Source: Entomortierella parvispora E1425
Lineage: Eukaryota; Fungi; Mortierellomycota
DNA: 64,000 nucleotides
Assembly (NCBI GenBank): GCA_020891255.1
Contig: BQFW01000014.1
Span: 2,170,001-2,234,000 of the forward strand
Direction of reading: 5' to 3'
Each line of letters opens with the position of its first letter. Within the stretch, counting starts at the first letter, position 1. Positions 35,564 to 47,014 of the stretch are shown one piece after another. Under the pieces are notes generated by a model. The model searched no databases. It was not told where the DNA came from and saw only the letters and a program-made list of their open reading frames with translations. The position numbers and the translations under genes were made by a program.

Positions 35564-35968
35564 TCAACCGCCATGGTAGAGCATTCCAAAGGACATCAAA
35601 ATCTTGGGGAAATGTTCGTCAAGAATGGCGTTGATCGACGGGATGTTGATGTTCCTCAAGAATTTCGTGCAAATTTTCTTTTCACGGATGTCATCGATAA
35701 TCAACATTCTCAACACTAGTCCATTAACATCAATGGGCGTCCTGCAATCCTCCTCTTTTGGAAATCCTCCGGTCGGCATTGATATCCACTCAAACAAAGT
35801 CATCGCAGTACGATTCCATCCGCAAGAGATTGCGAAGTAAAACAAGCTTGGATACGTTTCACGGTTTTCTTTCGCCAGCAAAATATCATCCGGCGAAATG
35901 TCCGAGATGCATGAAATGTAATCAACGGAAAGCCTTTTGGCCAACTTGACGAATTTTGGATTGGGCAT
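35564..35968 (-). pseudogene. Hypothetical protein fragment adjacent to the hAT insertion
   Basis: Globular-looking ORF (MPNPKFVKLAKRL...) that continues past an in-frame TGA toward the TIR. No family recognised. Confidence 0.3.
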
Positions 35969-36893
35969 ATTGAAGGTGTGTCGTCGTTTATGTGTCGTGA
36001 ATCTAGACAAGGTTCAGCAAGGTTGGCCTTTCACGGAGCGGAGCAAAACGAGGTGTGCAGGGAAGTGGAAACAGGGAGAAGGATGAGACGAGGTGGAAGA
36101 GGGTAATATAGGAGGCGCGGTGAGTTTGATTATTGGTCACATGACGCTGGAATCCTCCAGGTGTTTTTCTCCTGCCCCTGAACTTTAACCCCTGAACTTT
36201 ATTGTGAGAGCTGGAGCACAGCAGCAGAACGACAAATAAAAGCATCAGACCACAAAGAAATGGCTCTCGGACCAGCAGGCCAGAGTGATACACTTTCTTC
36301 CCCAAACGAGTTATTTTGCAGGGCGCAGAAATCAGACGACAGTTAAGAGAGCGATGGACAACAAATAAGAGCAGCATCGGACTGCAAGGAGGAGCTGTCG
36401 GATCGGATTGGATCGGATAAATAGACATTTCCACGTTCATCTCTAAACGAGTTGTTTTTTGCGATGGATTCCCAGCAGGACGCATCAGGGCGCGGTGCAG
36501 AAACCTAGACGACAAAGAACAGAGCAGAGACTGACAAATAACAGCAGCCTCAGACTACAGTATGTACAGTACAGTACAGTACAAGGAAGGCATTTCCGAA
36601 CCAGACGCGACAAATAGACGCTTCCTCCCAATCCTGCTCTGCTTAGGTGCGACCTTGTTCTGTCGCCCTTACGCCCATATTCTATTCTTTCACGTATATA
36701 AGGGTGTGTCTTCCTACTTAGTAAGATGAGAGTGACGTCTGAATAAGCACTTTTCCTCTGCGGCCTTCATCTCCCCCCGTCCTTCCATCCAATCCCAAGT
36801 CTTTTGCGTTGCACACTTTCTAGTTTCCACTCTTCCTCTTCCTCGTCCTCTTCCTCTCCCGACTTTGTTACGTTTGCGGTCTCTGCGTTACAG

Positions 36894-37993
36894 ATGTTGT
36901 CAATCATCTTACTTCCGATACTTTTCGTGGTTGCACATGCACAATGGGGAATCTCCGGTGAAATGGGTTCTACGAGGGAACTCGTTCCAAGGCAACCACT
37001 TGCACGAGATTACCAAGCCGCCTTCGATGCGCTCGCCCCTCCTCTGTTGGCCTTAATGCGAACTGATCCTTCGGTGGTGCGTGTGTCCCCAACCCGATCT
37101 TGGACCGAGAATGTTTACCGTTACACCATGGTTGTCATGTGGTCTCCGGGTGAAGAAGGGGAGGACGACGACGTGGCCGACAATATCTTACCACCCAATA
37201 ATAATGCCCTCCGACCCACCGCACTACAAGTCCATGACCTAATGGATGAGTTCGAGGAACATTTTTTTTCTACCAACAGAGGAAGTACGACAAATCTCCA
37301 TCGATCGCAATGGGCCATTTTTGTGGACGCTTTTCGTCGAGGTGGAAGATTTTACGTGGACATTATGTTTAATATTGAACACAACGGGCTGAAAGATGTA
37401 AAGATGTTATTCCTGTGCAAGTTCATGAAATTCCAATGGGCAATGGAAAGAATGGTACTTTTATGGACATGACCAAGAAGGAAAATGCCAAGTATTCGCC
37501 AAAGAATATTCCCAAGGTAGCCAAACCATTCAACAGAACCGACAAGATAACAACTGGTTCGAAGATGGCTGCGGGTCCAATGGCCTCATGTCCTGGAATG
37601 CCGGGTACCCTTATGGCAGGAAGGTCCGTTTGGTCGAGTGGGGGGACTTTGACATCGATGGCTGGACACCAATTGGTTTTTGCATCAAACGGAGCACCCG
37701 TTCTTGCTTATGGCGGCAAATCTTATTGGTGGTGGCTATTACCTGCCGGTTTCCACCCTCCAGGCCCATTCCAACTGCATCTTGAAACCAATGGTGCTTT
37801 GTGTTTGTACGATAAGAACGACAAAAACTACGCGTGCACTGCATCCAACACGCCCAATGATGGACAATATCGTTTGATCCTGCAAGATGACGGTAATCTT
37901 GTTGTTTACAGAGGAAACGATATCAACCAACCCATTTGGAACAGCGGATCGTACTTATGGAAAAATAACTATGGACCCGTTGATTGCAACTAA
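36894..37993 (+). pseudogene. Secreted protein with C-terminal bulb-type (GNA-like mannose-binding) lectin domain, frameshifted by an 8-bp duplication
   Basis: Signal peptide MLSIILLPILFVVAHA. Lectin motifs are LHLETNGALCLY and LILQDDGNLVVY...PIWNS (QxDxNxVxY). AAAGATGT is duplicated at 37392-37407; removing one copy joins the two ORFs. TATATAA lies at about 36695. Confidence 0.75.
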
Positions 37994-40310
37994 GTACGGT
38001 ACTCTTACGATCGAAAATAAAAAATATCGCCGAGATTCTCAACAGTGGTGCAACGATGGCTGAAAGGAGGGTTATTGAGAAGGTAAAGCCTTAGAAAAGT
38101 TTTTTTTTTTTTTTTATTGACAATGGGCCTATAGAAATGTGACCTAAGCCACTGTTTCAATCGCATGCCTCTGCATCCAGGGCCGTACGCGACCGTTGCG
38201 TCGCTCTCATCCTTGTTGGAGGAGAACCCGAGGTCTAAGTCGCCTCGCGACGATGGTACTAGACCGCCTGCCAACCACTTTTTCTTCCTACTTCGACTAC
38301 ACAGTGGCTGGGAGGTGGTCCAGTACTGAATGTGTCCTTGCTTGATTCTCCGACAGTCCGTACATAGCACATGAATTTCTTGTTGGATTACTTGTTGTCC
38401 TTGTTGCACTCTTAGCACTTGACTCGTGCCCGCTGGTGGTGTCCTGTAATTGGCCCAAGAAATCGCTCTTGTTGCTCAATGAACATCACTACTTTGTGTA
38501 AATGGTGGTACAACACCATTGCCTCCAGTTCGAGAGGCTATCGCAAAGTGAGGATTGCACCAAGCAGGGGTCGAACACAGACGATCCCACAGCACTGCTC
38601 ACTGGAAACTTTAACATATGTAAACCAAGACTGGCGCCTTAGCTTCAACTCGTTGGGTTCACCCACCCGTAAAGCCTTAGAAAAGTAGGAATGTGGAGGC
38701 ACTGTCGTTAGAGTGTGGCTTTGTGATGGAGGGGGTCGGGGAGATAATCGTGGGACATGTGACAAATGTGGCTGAGTTTTATCAGTTTAGGCCTACTTGA
38801 TTTTGTCACGATCAAACAAGGCAGGAACAAGAGAGAGAGAAGGGAAGGTATTTATTGTGATTTGTTAATTGCAGACTGAGGGATAAGAGAGGAAACAAAG
38901 GGGAAATATATACTAGTAAGAGAGGCACACCGTCTTGGTCTGCAGTGGAGTCGGGGAGAGCACGAGAGAACGAAGAGAGAGGGATTCATCATCTGAGCGA
39001 TCGATGATCACAAGATAAGCCTATCGATAGTGGTCTGGATAGCGACTCAGATGGAGGACGAGAAGGAAATGGTCCTAAACTCCTAATAGGTATAACTGTG
39101 AGATGATCATAAACCTTACAGAGGATGGCGAGAGTCGGAGAGAATCCGGTTGCTCCATCTTGGGTGAAGAAAGAGATGATCGTAGCTCGGAGTGCAAGCC
39201 AATGAGTGGTGGTACAGATCGTAGATCCGAGAGCCTAAAGCAGGGGTAGAGGAACGCGTAACGCGTTCAATCTGAGTTCTGAACGGTTCGTGACAGATTT
39301 TGAGTTTTATTCCCAAGGCAGCATCGCGTTGAGGCGTCCCAGGTATAGGAAATGGAGTTTCAGTTAAGGATTTATCTCTTCGGCGTTGCATCCGATGACC
39401 TTTGATATGCACCGGTGTCTCCACTTAAAACAAGTGGTAGAAATGTTCTTGGCCAAGGCTCAACTCTGTCAAAAAAGACCGTAGATGGACTTCTGAGAGC
39501 CGAGCATGTACAACAGTGCTATCAGCCTTTGCTGCTAGAATGAAAGTGACACAACGGCCTACAAACTGAAAGGATAGGATAGGTGGATCTTGCTCCAGTT
39601 TGTTACGAGGAGATTGAGAGCGTTCTTGGTAAAGACTGCTAGCCGTAGCAGATCAGTGTCTTTCGAAATTGATCTAGGGTGGGGTCCCTTCAAATCATCA
39701 TAGTATGCCTCTCGCTTATCCTTGGTACCTCTCTCTCCTCCCTTCGTGGCAGCTCTACCTGCTTCACCACAGGTTGCACATGTCCACTTCCCACGGGAGG
39801 GGTGATCTGATCTTGGGATGCGCACTTTGCAGTGGCTACTGCCAAAAAAAAAAAGGACCTGTCATCGTTGTCCGCTTGGACAGATCGGGCTCGTTCGTCG
39901 CAGCTGTTGTCGGTCTCAGCCGCTGTCGCTTGTCCCTTGTCTGTTGTCCCTGTTGCCCATGCCCGAGGGTTGGCGACACAGCTCCTTCAACACTCCGACT
40001 TTCCTGTGCCAGCTGCGCCCGGTGACAAAATATAGCCCAGATAAATATAGCCCATGTTGGGCCTTAGCACTTGCTCCTGCTCCACACTGAGCCGGAACCC
40101 AAGACCCTGGTTCTGTCCAGCCTCCTCCTCGTCGGAATCCGGTCATGACATCAAAGGGGGCCCCCTGTGCTAAACCCCTGCAAGGGTGGTGGCGTGGGGT
40201 CGACTTGATGTTTTTAGGGTCATTTGGAGCACTTTTTTCGGTGGCAAGGTCAAGTCCTGGGACCCTGGTACCTTGGCTCATAATAGTCCTCAGTTGCAGG
40301 AACCCGGAGA

Positions 40311-40490
40311 TTGGTTCTAGCGCGCGTAAAAATTTGGCTTTCACACCTTGCATCCAGGGTCCCCAACAGCGGTCTTTTCTACAGTTGGCTCTAGCGCATG
40401 TAAAAATTTGGCTTTCACGCTGTGTATCCTGGATCTCCAACAGCGGTCTTTTCTACAGATTGGTTCTATCACATGTAAAAAATATGGCCT
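40311..40490. repeat. About 74-bp tandem repeat (2.4 units)
   Basis: TTGGTTCTAGCGC...AAAAATTTGGCTTTCAC...CCAACAGCGGTCTTTTCTACAG repeated at 40311 and 40385, with a partial unit at 40460. Confidence 0.8.
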
Positions 40491-41129
40491 TCAATCGGCC
40501 TCGCATTCAATAATAATAATATATCGACTGGCATCGACTTTTATTCCATTCGACTTCTATCCGATTCAACATTGGGTTCATTTCGGATACATCACACGCC
40601 TGCAACAGGCCCAATTAACAGTGCAAGGCCAACCCCAGGAACAGGAAGTTGACAGGAAGCGACATGCAGAAGAGATTGGCGGAATAGGACGTAGGTAGCA
40701 ACAGGGCCACCACTCGCCTCCTGGACCCAAGACCCACAGGAGGGCGAGTTGCAAGAGATACTCCCCCCCCCGGGCCCCCCCTCAGTCCCGGAACGAATTG
40801 GAGGGGATCGAGCAGTTCAGCTTGATGCAGGGTTCCAGAATGGAATTGAAGTGCCACGGCATGTAATGAGCTTCCTGGATGGGATACAGTCAGCAACCAT
40901 GGGAGACGTCTGGAACAGCGGTAACAAAATCCACCCCACGCCTAAGGACCACGATCCACAAGTTGTTTTTAGGCTGAGCGAGCGAGAGGGGGCCGACCAA
41001 AGAGAATCAGCTTGAACGGAGGGACTGAGATGAAGTCGAGATTCAACAACATGCAACGACATGCAGCGGCTCGGCTTGACAGATTTTTTTTGGAGTAAAG
41101 ACGGATCACACCAAAAAGGATCTTGGCAG

Positions 41130-42360
41130 TCGAAAGCTCAATCTCCTCTCTTCCCTCTCCTCTCTCCCCTCTCTTCCGTCCTCTCTTCCTTCCATTCTCT
41201 TCCGTCCTCTCTTCCTTCCCTTCTCTTCCTTCCCTTCTCTTCCGTCCTCTCTTCCTTCTCTTCTTTTCTTTTCCTTCGCTGATGTCTTCTCCTTTACACT
41301 AGAGGTTGTCTGATCTTCCCCTCTCTTGCACTGCTTTTTCGTCTGTTGCGTTCAACTGTCCCTATCTTCTTCTTTCTTTTCTTCTCTTCCTTCTTGATCG
41401 TCTTTTTTCTTCTCTAAGTTCTCTTCCCTCTTGTTTGTCAGTCTTGATCGTTTCTTTTCTTCCTTCCCTGTTTTTTTTCCTTCTCTCTTGCACATGTCTG
41501 CTTGATCTCTCCCCTCTTACCCTTCTCGCCCTTCCTCTGTGGGATTGTGACAACCCTGTCTGCATCCCTACAGGTTACGCCTGTCCACTCAAAGTATGAA
41601 TGATACTTCTTGGTATGAAGACGCTGCTGTTGGCCCCAACAAAAAAAAAAAAAAACTAAAAATCAGGGATCCTCCGCATGGACGAGACTGATCGATCGTT
41701 CCTGAACTTTGCCTTTTTTGTCTCAGCTGTTGTTGGATCCGCGCTGGATCCGCTTGACGGAAAGACGCCCGTGTCCATCACTCCCATCATGTCCCCCTTC
41801 CGTCTCTTCTTATTCCTTCTCCTCGCTCCTCTTGTCCGAGCTCTTGTCCTGTCTTTACCTCTTGTCCCTCTTCTTCTCTTCCCTCTTGTCCCTCTTCTTC
41901 TCTTCCCTCTTGTCCCTCTCCTTCTCTTTCCTCTTGGCCCTCTTCTTCTCTTGCCTCTTGTTCCTCCTCTTCTCTTTCCTCCTGTCGTCTTCCCTCCCAA
42001 GACCACTGTTCTTTTGGATGGGGCAAGTGCAGCCTCCTTATGTCCAAAAAAAAAAAAAGAAAGGGCCGAAGGGGGGAGAAAAGGGCGGTTGTTGTTTGTT
42101 GGATGGAGCGTCCGTTAACTTGTCTCTTGTTCTCCCGTCTGTCACCCTCCCCTCTCTTGCCATCTCTCAACCCATCCTCCATGCATCCATCCATCTCGTC
42201 CATTGCATCCATCTTGTCTCTTGCATCGTTCGACCTTTTCGTCTCCTGCATTCCACAATTCTTGCATCCCTCCCTCTCGCCTGCTGCATCCCTCTTCGTC
42301 TCGACTTTTGCATGCCTTTCCTTTCGTCTCTCTCGTCTCTCTCGTCTCCATTCCTGTTCT
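41130..42360. repeat. CT-rich low-complexity tract including a 21-bp tandem (CCTCTTGTCCCTCTTCTTCTC-like) at about 41858-41975
   Basis: Strong pyrimidine strand bias; the repeat is visible as RGTRGKR / QEGREEE units in antisense ORFs. Confidence 0.75.
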
Positions 42361-42364
42361 CCTA

Positions 42365-42600
42365 GACTTCGCCAAACAGATTATTCATCAAGGTCGACGA
42401 ACTCTTGGCAGTCAGGACAGTCGTTTCTGCGCTTAGCTCCCGGTACTCCAAACCTTGTACAACGCCCATTCTCAATCTGTTCAAGAAATTGGCTTTATCC
42501 ACCAAGGCACTCGACACTTCAAAAGGCAAAGCATGGGAATACCTTATCATGTCCCGACTATGGACTACGACGGCAAGAGTGTCTCGGACCTTGTTCATAT
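42365..42600 (+). pseudogene. Fragment of another CRN-type C-terminal domain
   Basis: LFIKVDELLAVRTVVSAL...SKGKAWEYLI parallels LIMDEPIVLDAAEEEL...SKGDSLEPLV in the neighbouring CRN. Confidence 0.35.
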
Positions 42601-42723
42601 TTTTTACAGTGACAATGAGATAATGAGAGTGAAAGATCAAGGTATTTACCTGATTGTGATGTTATAATATTTGAATATGTATTATTTACCTATACCTACA
42701 GAGCGTGAAGCAGGATTGCACGT

Positions 42724-45579
42724 TTATTTCTGGCAGACATATCTGATGATGTTTTTCAGCTTCACCATTTCATCCCTGAGCTCCTCAATGCCCTCATAGA
42801 AAAAATCATCCATATTCGCAAGGTTGATAAACACCATCACATCCTCGGCGCCGGTATTAGGGTCTGTCAAGACATAGGAAGCTGGCATACCACTCTGGAC
42901 GTCAGGAAGCGCGATGTGAATGCGGAGTATGCCCATGAGGCTGGAAGGAGTACCCAAAGGCTCAAAGTCATCTCGAATCTCTTTCAAAGTTTTGTTCAAC
43001 TTCTCGCCGTCCTTTTGTAAGAAACAGCTTCGAATGTTACTTGAGGTTATGTTTTCGAGGTGCTTCGCCTGTGGTACATTACTGCTGTAGAATTTGACTG
43101 CAAGCGAGCCGGCGTACCGCTTGTCAGAGAAAAACCAAGCTCCATCCGGAGGAGTGCCAAACTTGGCAATAAGCATCTTGTTCGGGGGACAATCAGTGAG
43201 AAAAGCACGATCGGCGGCAGTGCCAGTGCAAGTATATCCAAATCCAGCGGGAGTGTTTATCTCGTCAATTTGAAGCCGGAGATTGTAGCACCAATTGGGT
43301 AACGCCATGCCCTGGAGGAAAGGAAGGTCCGCGAGAAGGAAACCATTGAAACGCTGAAGGGATCGACGGACAAGTGGTTCCAGCGAATCCCCCTTTGACG
43401 TTGTAGCCAGTCCATGGTTTTCGAGAATCTCAACAAGTTGATCCATGTAATCCTTGTACGCAGGATCCACGCCCGACTGCGCCAGCTCCTCTTCCGCCGC
43501 ATCCAGTACTATGGGCTCATCCATGATCAGATGGACGCCATCAGGGTGTTCCCGCAGTCTGCACAGCGACTTGTTCACAAAGTCGAACTGCTGCTGGCTT
43601 GAAAATGAAATATTGGAATTATGAAGACGATATGCCAAGGCCATTCGACTGAGAAGCCGCGCCGCCTCGCCTGTTCTGTCGCCTTTCATAATAGTGCATA
43701 TACTTTCCCGAAGGTCCCTCTTTAGACTCTCGATCGTGAGGTCGATGGCAGTATCCAGAGTGGCCTGCTTGGAGAAGTGGGTCTCGTCAGCTATGTTAAG
43801 GCGCTTGACGATGCCAAGGGAAAATCGGGGTCGTCCTGACAGCTTGATGCGCTTTGCTGGCGGAATTTCACAATCTGACAGGTCGACCAGGTCCGATATC
43901 ATCTTGTTGATGTCAATCGAGTCGAACTGAGGAAAATCAGTGATCCTTGTGAATTTGACGGTCTTGTCAACAGCCCGGTACACATTGTCCGGATACTGCA
44001 ACGAGAGAGCTGTGCCGAGAATCACCAGTGTTGCTCGCATGCCGCTCAGCGCCGCAGACAACGGAGTAAGAAAACCGCGGCGATAAATGCTCCGGACATG
44101 GTTCGTGCTGTCAAAGATGGCGTCCCTGTTGTTTCTGAAGTCATTCAGAGCGGATGGCGAGATGAGCTTGCCGGCCAGGATGTCATTCTCTGTGACCTGG
44201 GCTTCATCCAGAGCAATCACCAGTCCGAGCTGTCGGGGGACAAGATGGGCGTGAAGTTTGGTCTGGGTAAAACGGAGCATAGCTTTGATGGTGATGGTGT
44301 CGTACTCTCGCAGCTTATGAACCAGTGTGCCGATAGTCGAGGCTCCACTGAAAGTTATCTGCTCACGGAAGTACTGCCCTGGCTCCAGACCTGGGGTGTA
44401 ATTGAGGAGAAGCTGAAGGAAAAGCAGGCGGGCTAGGAACTCGAGGCCAACGCGCTCTCTTGCACGTGCTTTGGTTTTTTCATCGATGCTGATCAGATTG
44501 CCCCGCTCTTCGCTTTCAATTGCCATGCACATCCTCTCGACGTCTGCTGCAAGTGTGATGAAGTTGGTATCGTTAAAATCCGCGGAGATCACGGCGCGTG
44601 GGGAGGAGCAGACGCAATAGATGACAAAATGTTTGGTGGCCAGATCGATGATGGTGGCTGTCTTTCCTGACCCACTGGGAGCCACCATGGCTATCACACG
44701 ATTACCACCGAGCGCACCAATGTCGTCTTCAACAATGGAACGGAGAGTCTCGTTTGTGGTCGTGCGGGCCTTCTTGTCCAGCTCAAGTCCTAACATCACA
44801 AGCTCGATATCCGTTGCTGTCCTGTGATATGGCAGAGTCTTTTTGAAAAAAGGTCCCAGTCTTTTCTTCTGGTAAGCCTCGGCTTCATTTGAATAAACAA
44901 CAAAGTCGGTAGTATGGTGATCTTGAAGGCCGTTGAGAATGACTGCTAGTTCCTGCTCGATATAACCCTGTGGAACAAACTTGAGTTGTGGAGTGGAGGG
45001 TCGGGGAGGAACAAGAACATGCGCATGGACTATGTCAGAGTAATCAGATAAATGAGTTCTTAGTCAACGGTCCATTTTCATTTGTCGCCACATGGTGACC
45101 ACAGCACGAGCAAGAATTAGAGAAAGGCAAAGCTGCACTTTTGAGTGTCAACAGTGATTACCTGCTGCAGCTGTGTTGGAGTAAGATAGCAACAGAGACA
45201 GGTTAGAAATTAAACAGGCTCACAGGGAAACGTAAATGACAAGCAAGGCTTTACCTGGAGGCTTAACAATGATGCTGATGATGGTCTTTTTGGGCAGCTG
45301 AACATCAACGACAGCAGAGACGTCGTCAGTCTCATTAAGTTCCTTCTTCGACGGGGCATCAGAAAGCCAGATTTTTTTGCGGTTTTCCTTGGCCAAGACG
45401 GACATTGAAACGCGCCAGAGGGTGAGGTCTTTGGCATCTACTCCCCTCAGGGTGTCAGGAATCGCGGTCTTGATGTTGTTTTTGAGGTGACTGACCTTTT
45501 GCGATGGGTCAATGTCAATAGAGACCGGGGTCGATTGGCCCTCGACGATGCAGAAGAGAGTGAGGAGACTGCTGGACAT
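42724..45579 (-). CDS. Crinkler (CRN)-type protein: header + P-loop NTPase + C-terminal nuclease-like region; apparently intact
   Basis: Exons are 45579-45255 (MSSSLLTLFCIVEG...DLTLWRV...IISIIVKPP), a 9-nt micro-exon 45170-45162, and 45029-42724 (open). Walker A is APSGSGKT and Walker B is VIALDEAQ. The PDGAWFF...LAVKFY region is PD-(D/E)xK-like. Confidence 0.85.
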
Positions 45580-47014
45580 TGTGTTGCGAAGAAATGAGAA
45601 GAGTTGCTGAGCTGTGTGGGAAGAAGTTGAGGGTTGAAGGAAGGAAGGGAAATGTCGGACGAAGAAAGAAAGGATGATGCTGCCCAAAGCAGGGGACTAA
45701 AAGCAGAAGGCGATGGAGGACGTGTGAGTGGTGGCAAAAAGAAGGGGGTGGTGGCAAAATGTATTCAAGGAACTAGACGAGTTCAAGAGACGAGACTAAT
45801 GCCAGAGACGAGAGACAGAGAGAGAGAGAGAGAGAGGAGAGGGATGCTTCCATCCCAGATGGCTCTTGTGGTTCCCGAATGATCAGCGAAAAAACGAAAT
45901 CTCGCGTGCAACCATTTTCGTCATTTGTGGATTGACAAGGGGCGGCCACCAAAAAAAAAAAAAAAAGATCGCGTCCGCCACATTTTGAGGAGCCCGAGTC
46001 CAGTCTCCTCCCGCCAACGAAGTAAACCTCGATGCACTTCTCCTTGCATCCTTGCGGGATGCCCACGACAGGCTGACACGGTTGAAATAGGAGAGTTTTC
46101 TGTCTGCTGACTCTTTGACCGTTGGGGATTGATCGTCCAGCTGGCGGACGAGCAGGGCGCGGGGATTCTCGCAGAGCCCGCTTCCCTCTCGTTTCTACCC
46201 CTTGTCTCTTGTACTGTATCAACTTTGACAACAGACCCGCCTGCGTTACCACCGGTTACGCGTGTCTACCCTGGTTCTTGAAGGAGCAAGGGAGAAGAGG
46301 CAGGACCGAGAAAAAAAACATGACCAAGTTTACATGGCACTGGCGCACGACTGTGTTTACATGGCTCTGACACGCGTTTTGAAATAAGCGTGCTTGCAGT
46401 CCTGATTTTGGACCTGGACCCTGAGACTGGACATTTGTCCCCGTTGAGAGCCTGCGGAACCATGGGACCCATAACGAAATGAGGGAATGTTGAGTACTTT
46501 GATGGTTCTCTCTCTCTCTTCTCCCCTCCCTCCCCTTCCTCTGCCTCCATCTCTCGTGTCGTGTGTAACTCGGTAAAAAGACTCCACCAAACAAGAAACA
46601 AGCAGGATAAGGCAAAGTCACCAAGGCTCTCTTCTTTGTCCCTTCCTTCCCCGCTCTACGCCTCGGTCGATTGGTCGATTGTCAATGGGACATGTCGCCA
46701 TGACTCATCTCTCCATCTCTTAGTCTTGCATCCCCCTATCCTCCCGTCATTCATCTCCCGTCATTCATCTCCCATCCCTTCATCTCCATCTCCACTTCCC
46801 TCCTTTTGTCTCTCCATCTCATTATTCGTTCAACTTTCGTGGCGCTCGTTTGTTTGTCATTCCATCTTGACCCCATCAGCATACTGGTCATCTCATGGCT
46901 GCGCTTCTGTTTTCGGAGGAGCAAAGAGAGCGACTTGTACTGAACGTTCTTTCTTTTTTTTTTTTTTCCAGCCTGCGTCATAAATTGGCATGGTATTATC
47001 GAGCCCGTTAAAGC

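Noticed and set aside
41656-42251. Protamine-like Arg-rich or Glu-rich ORFs
   Set aside because: These arise from reading a CT-rich tandem repeat; there is no gene structure.
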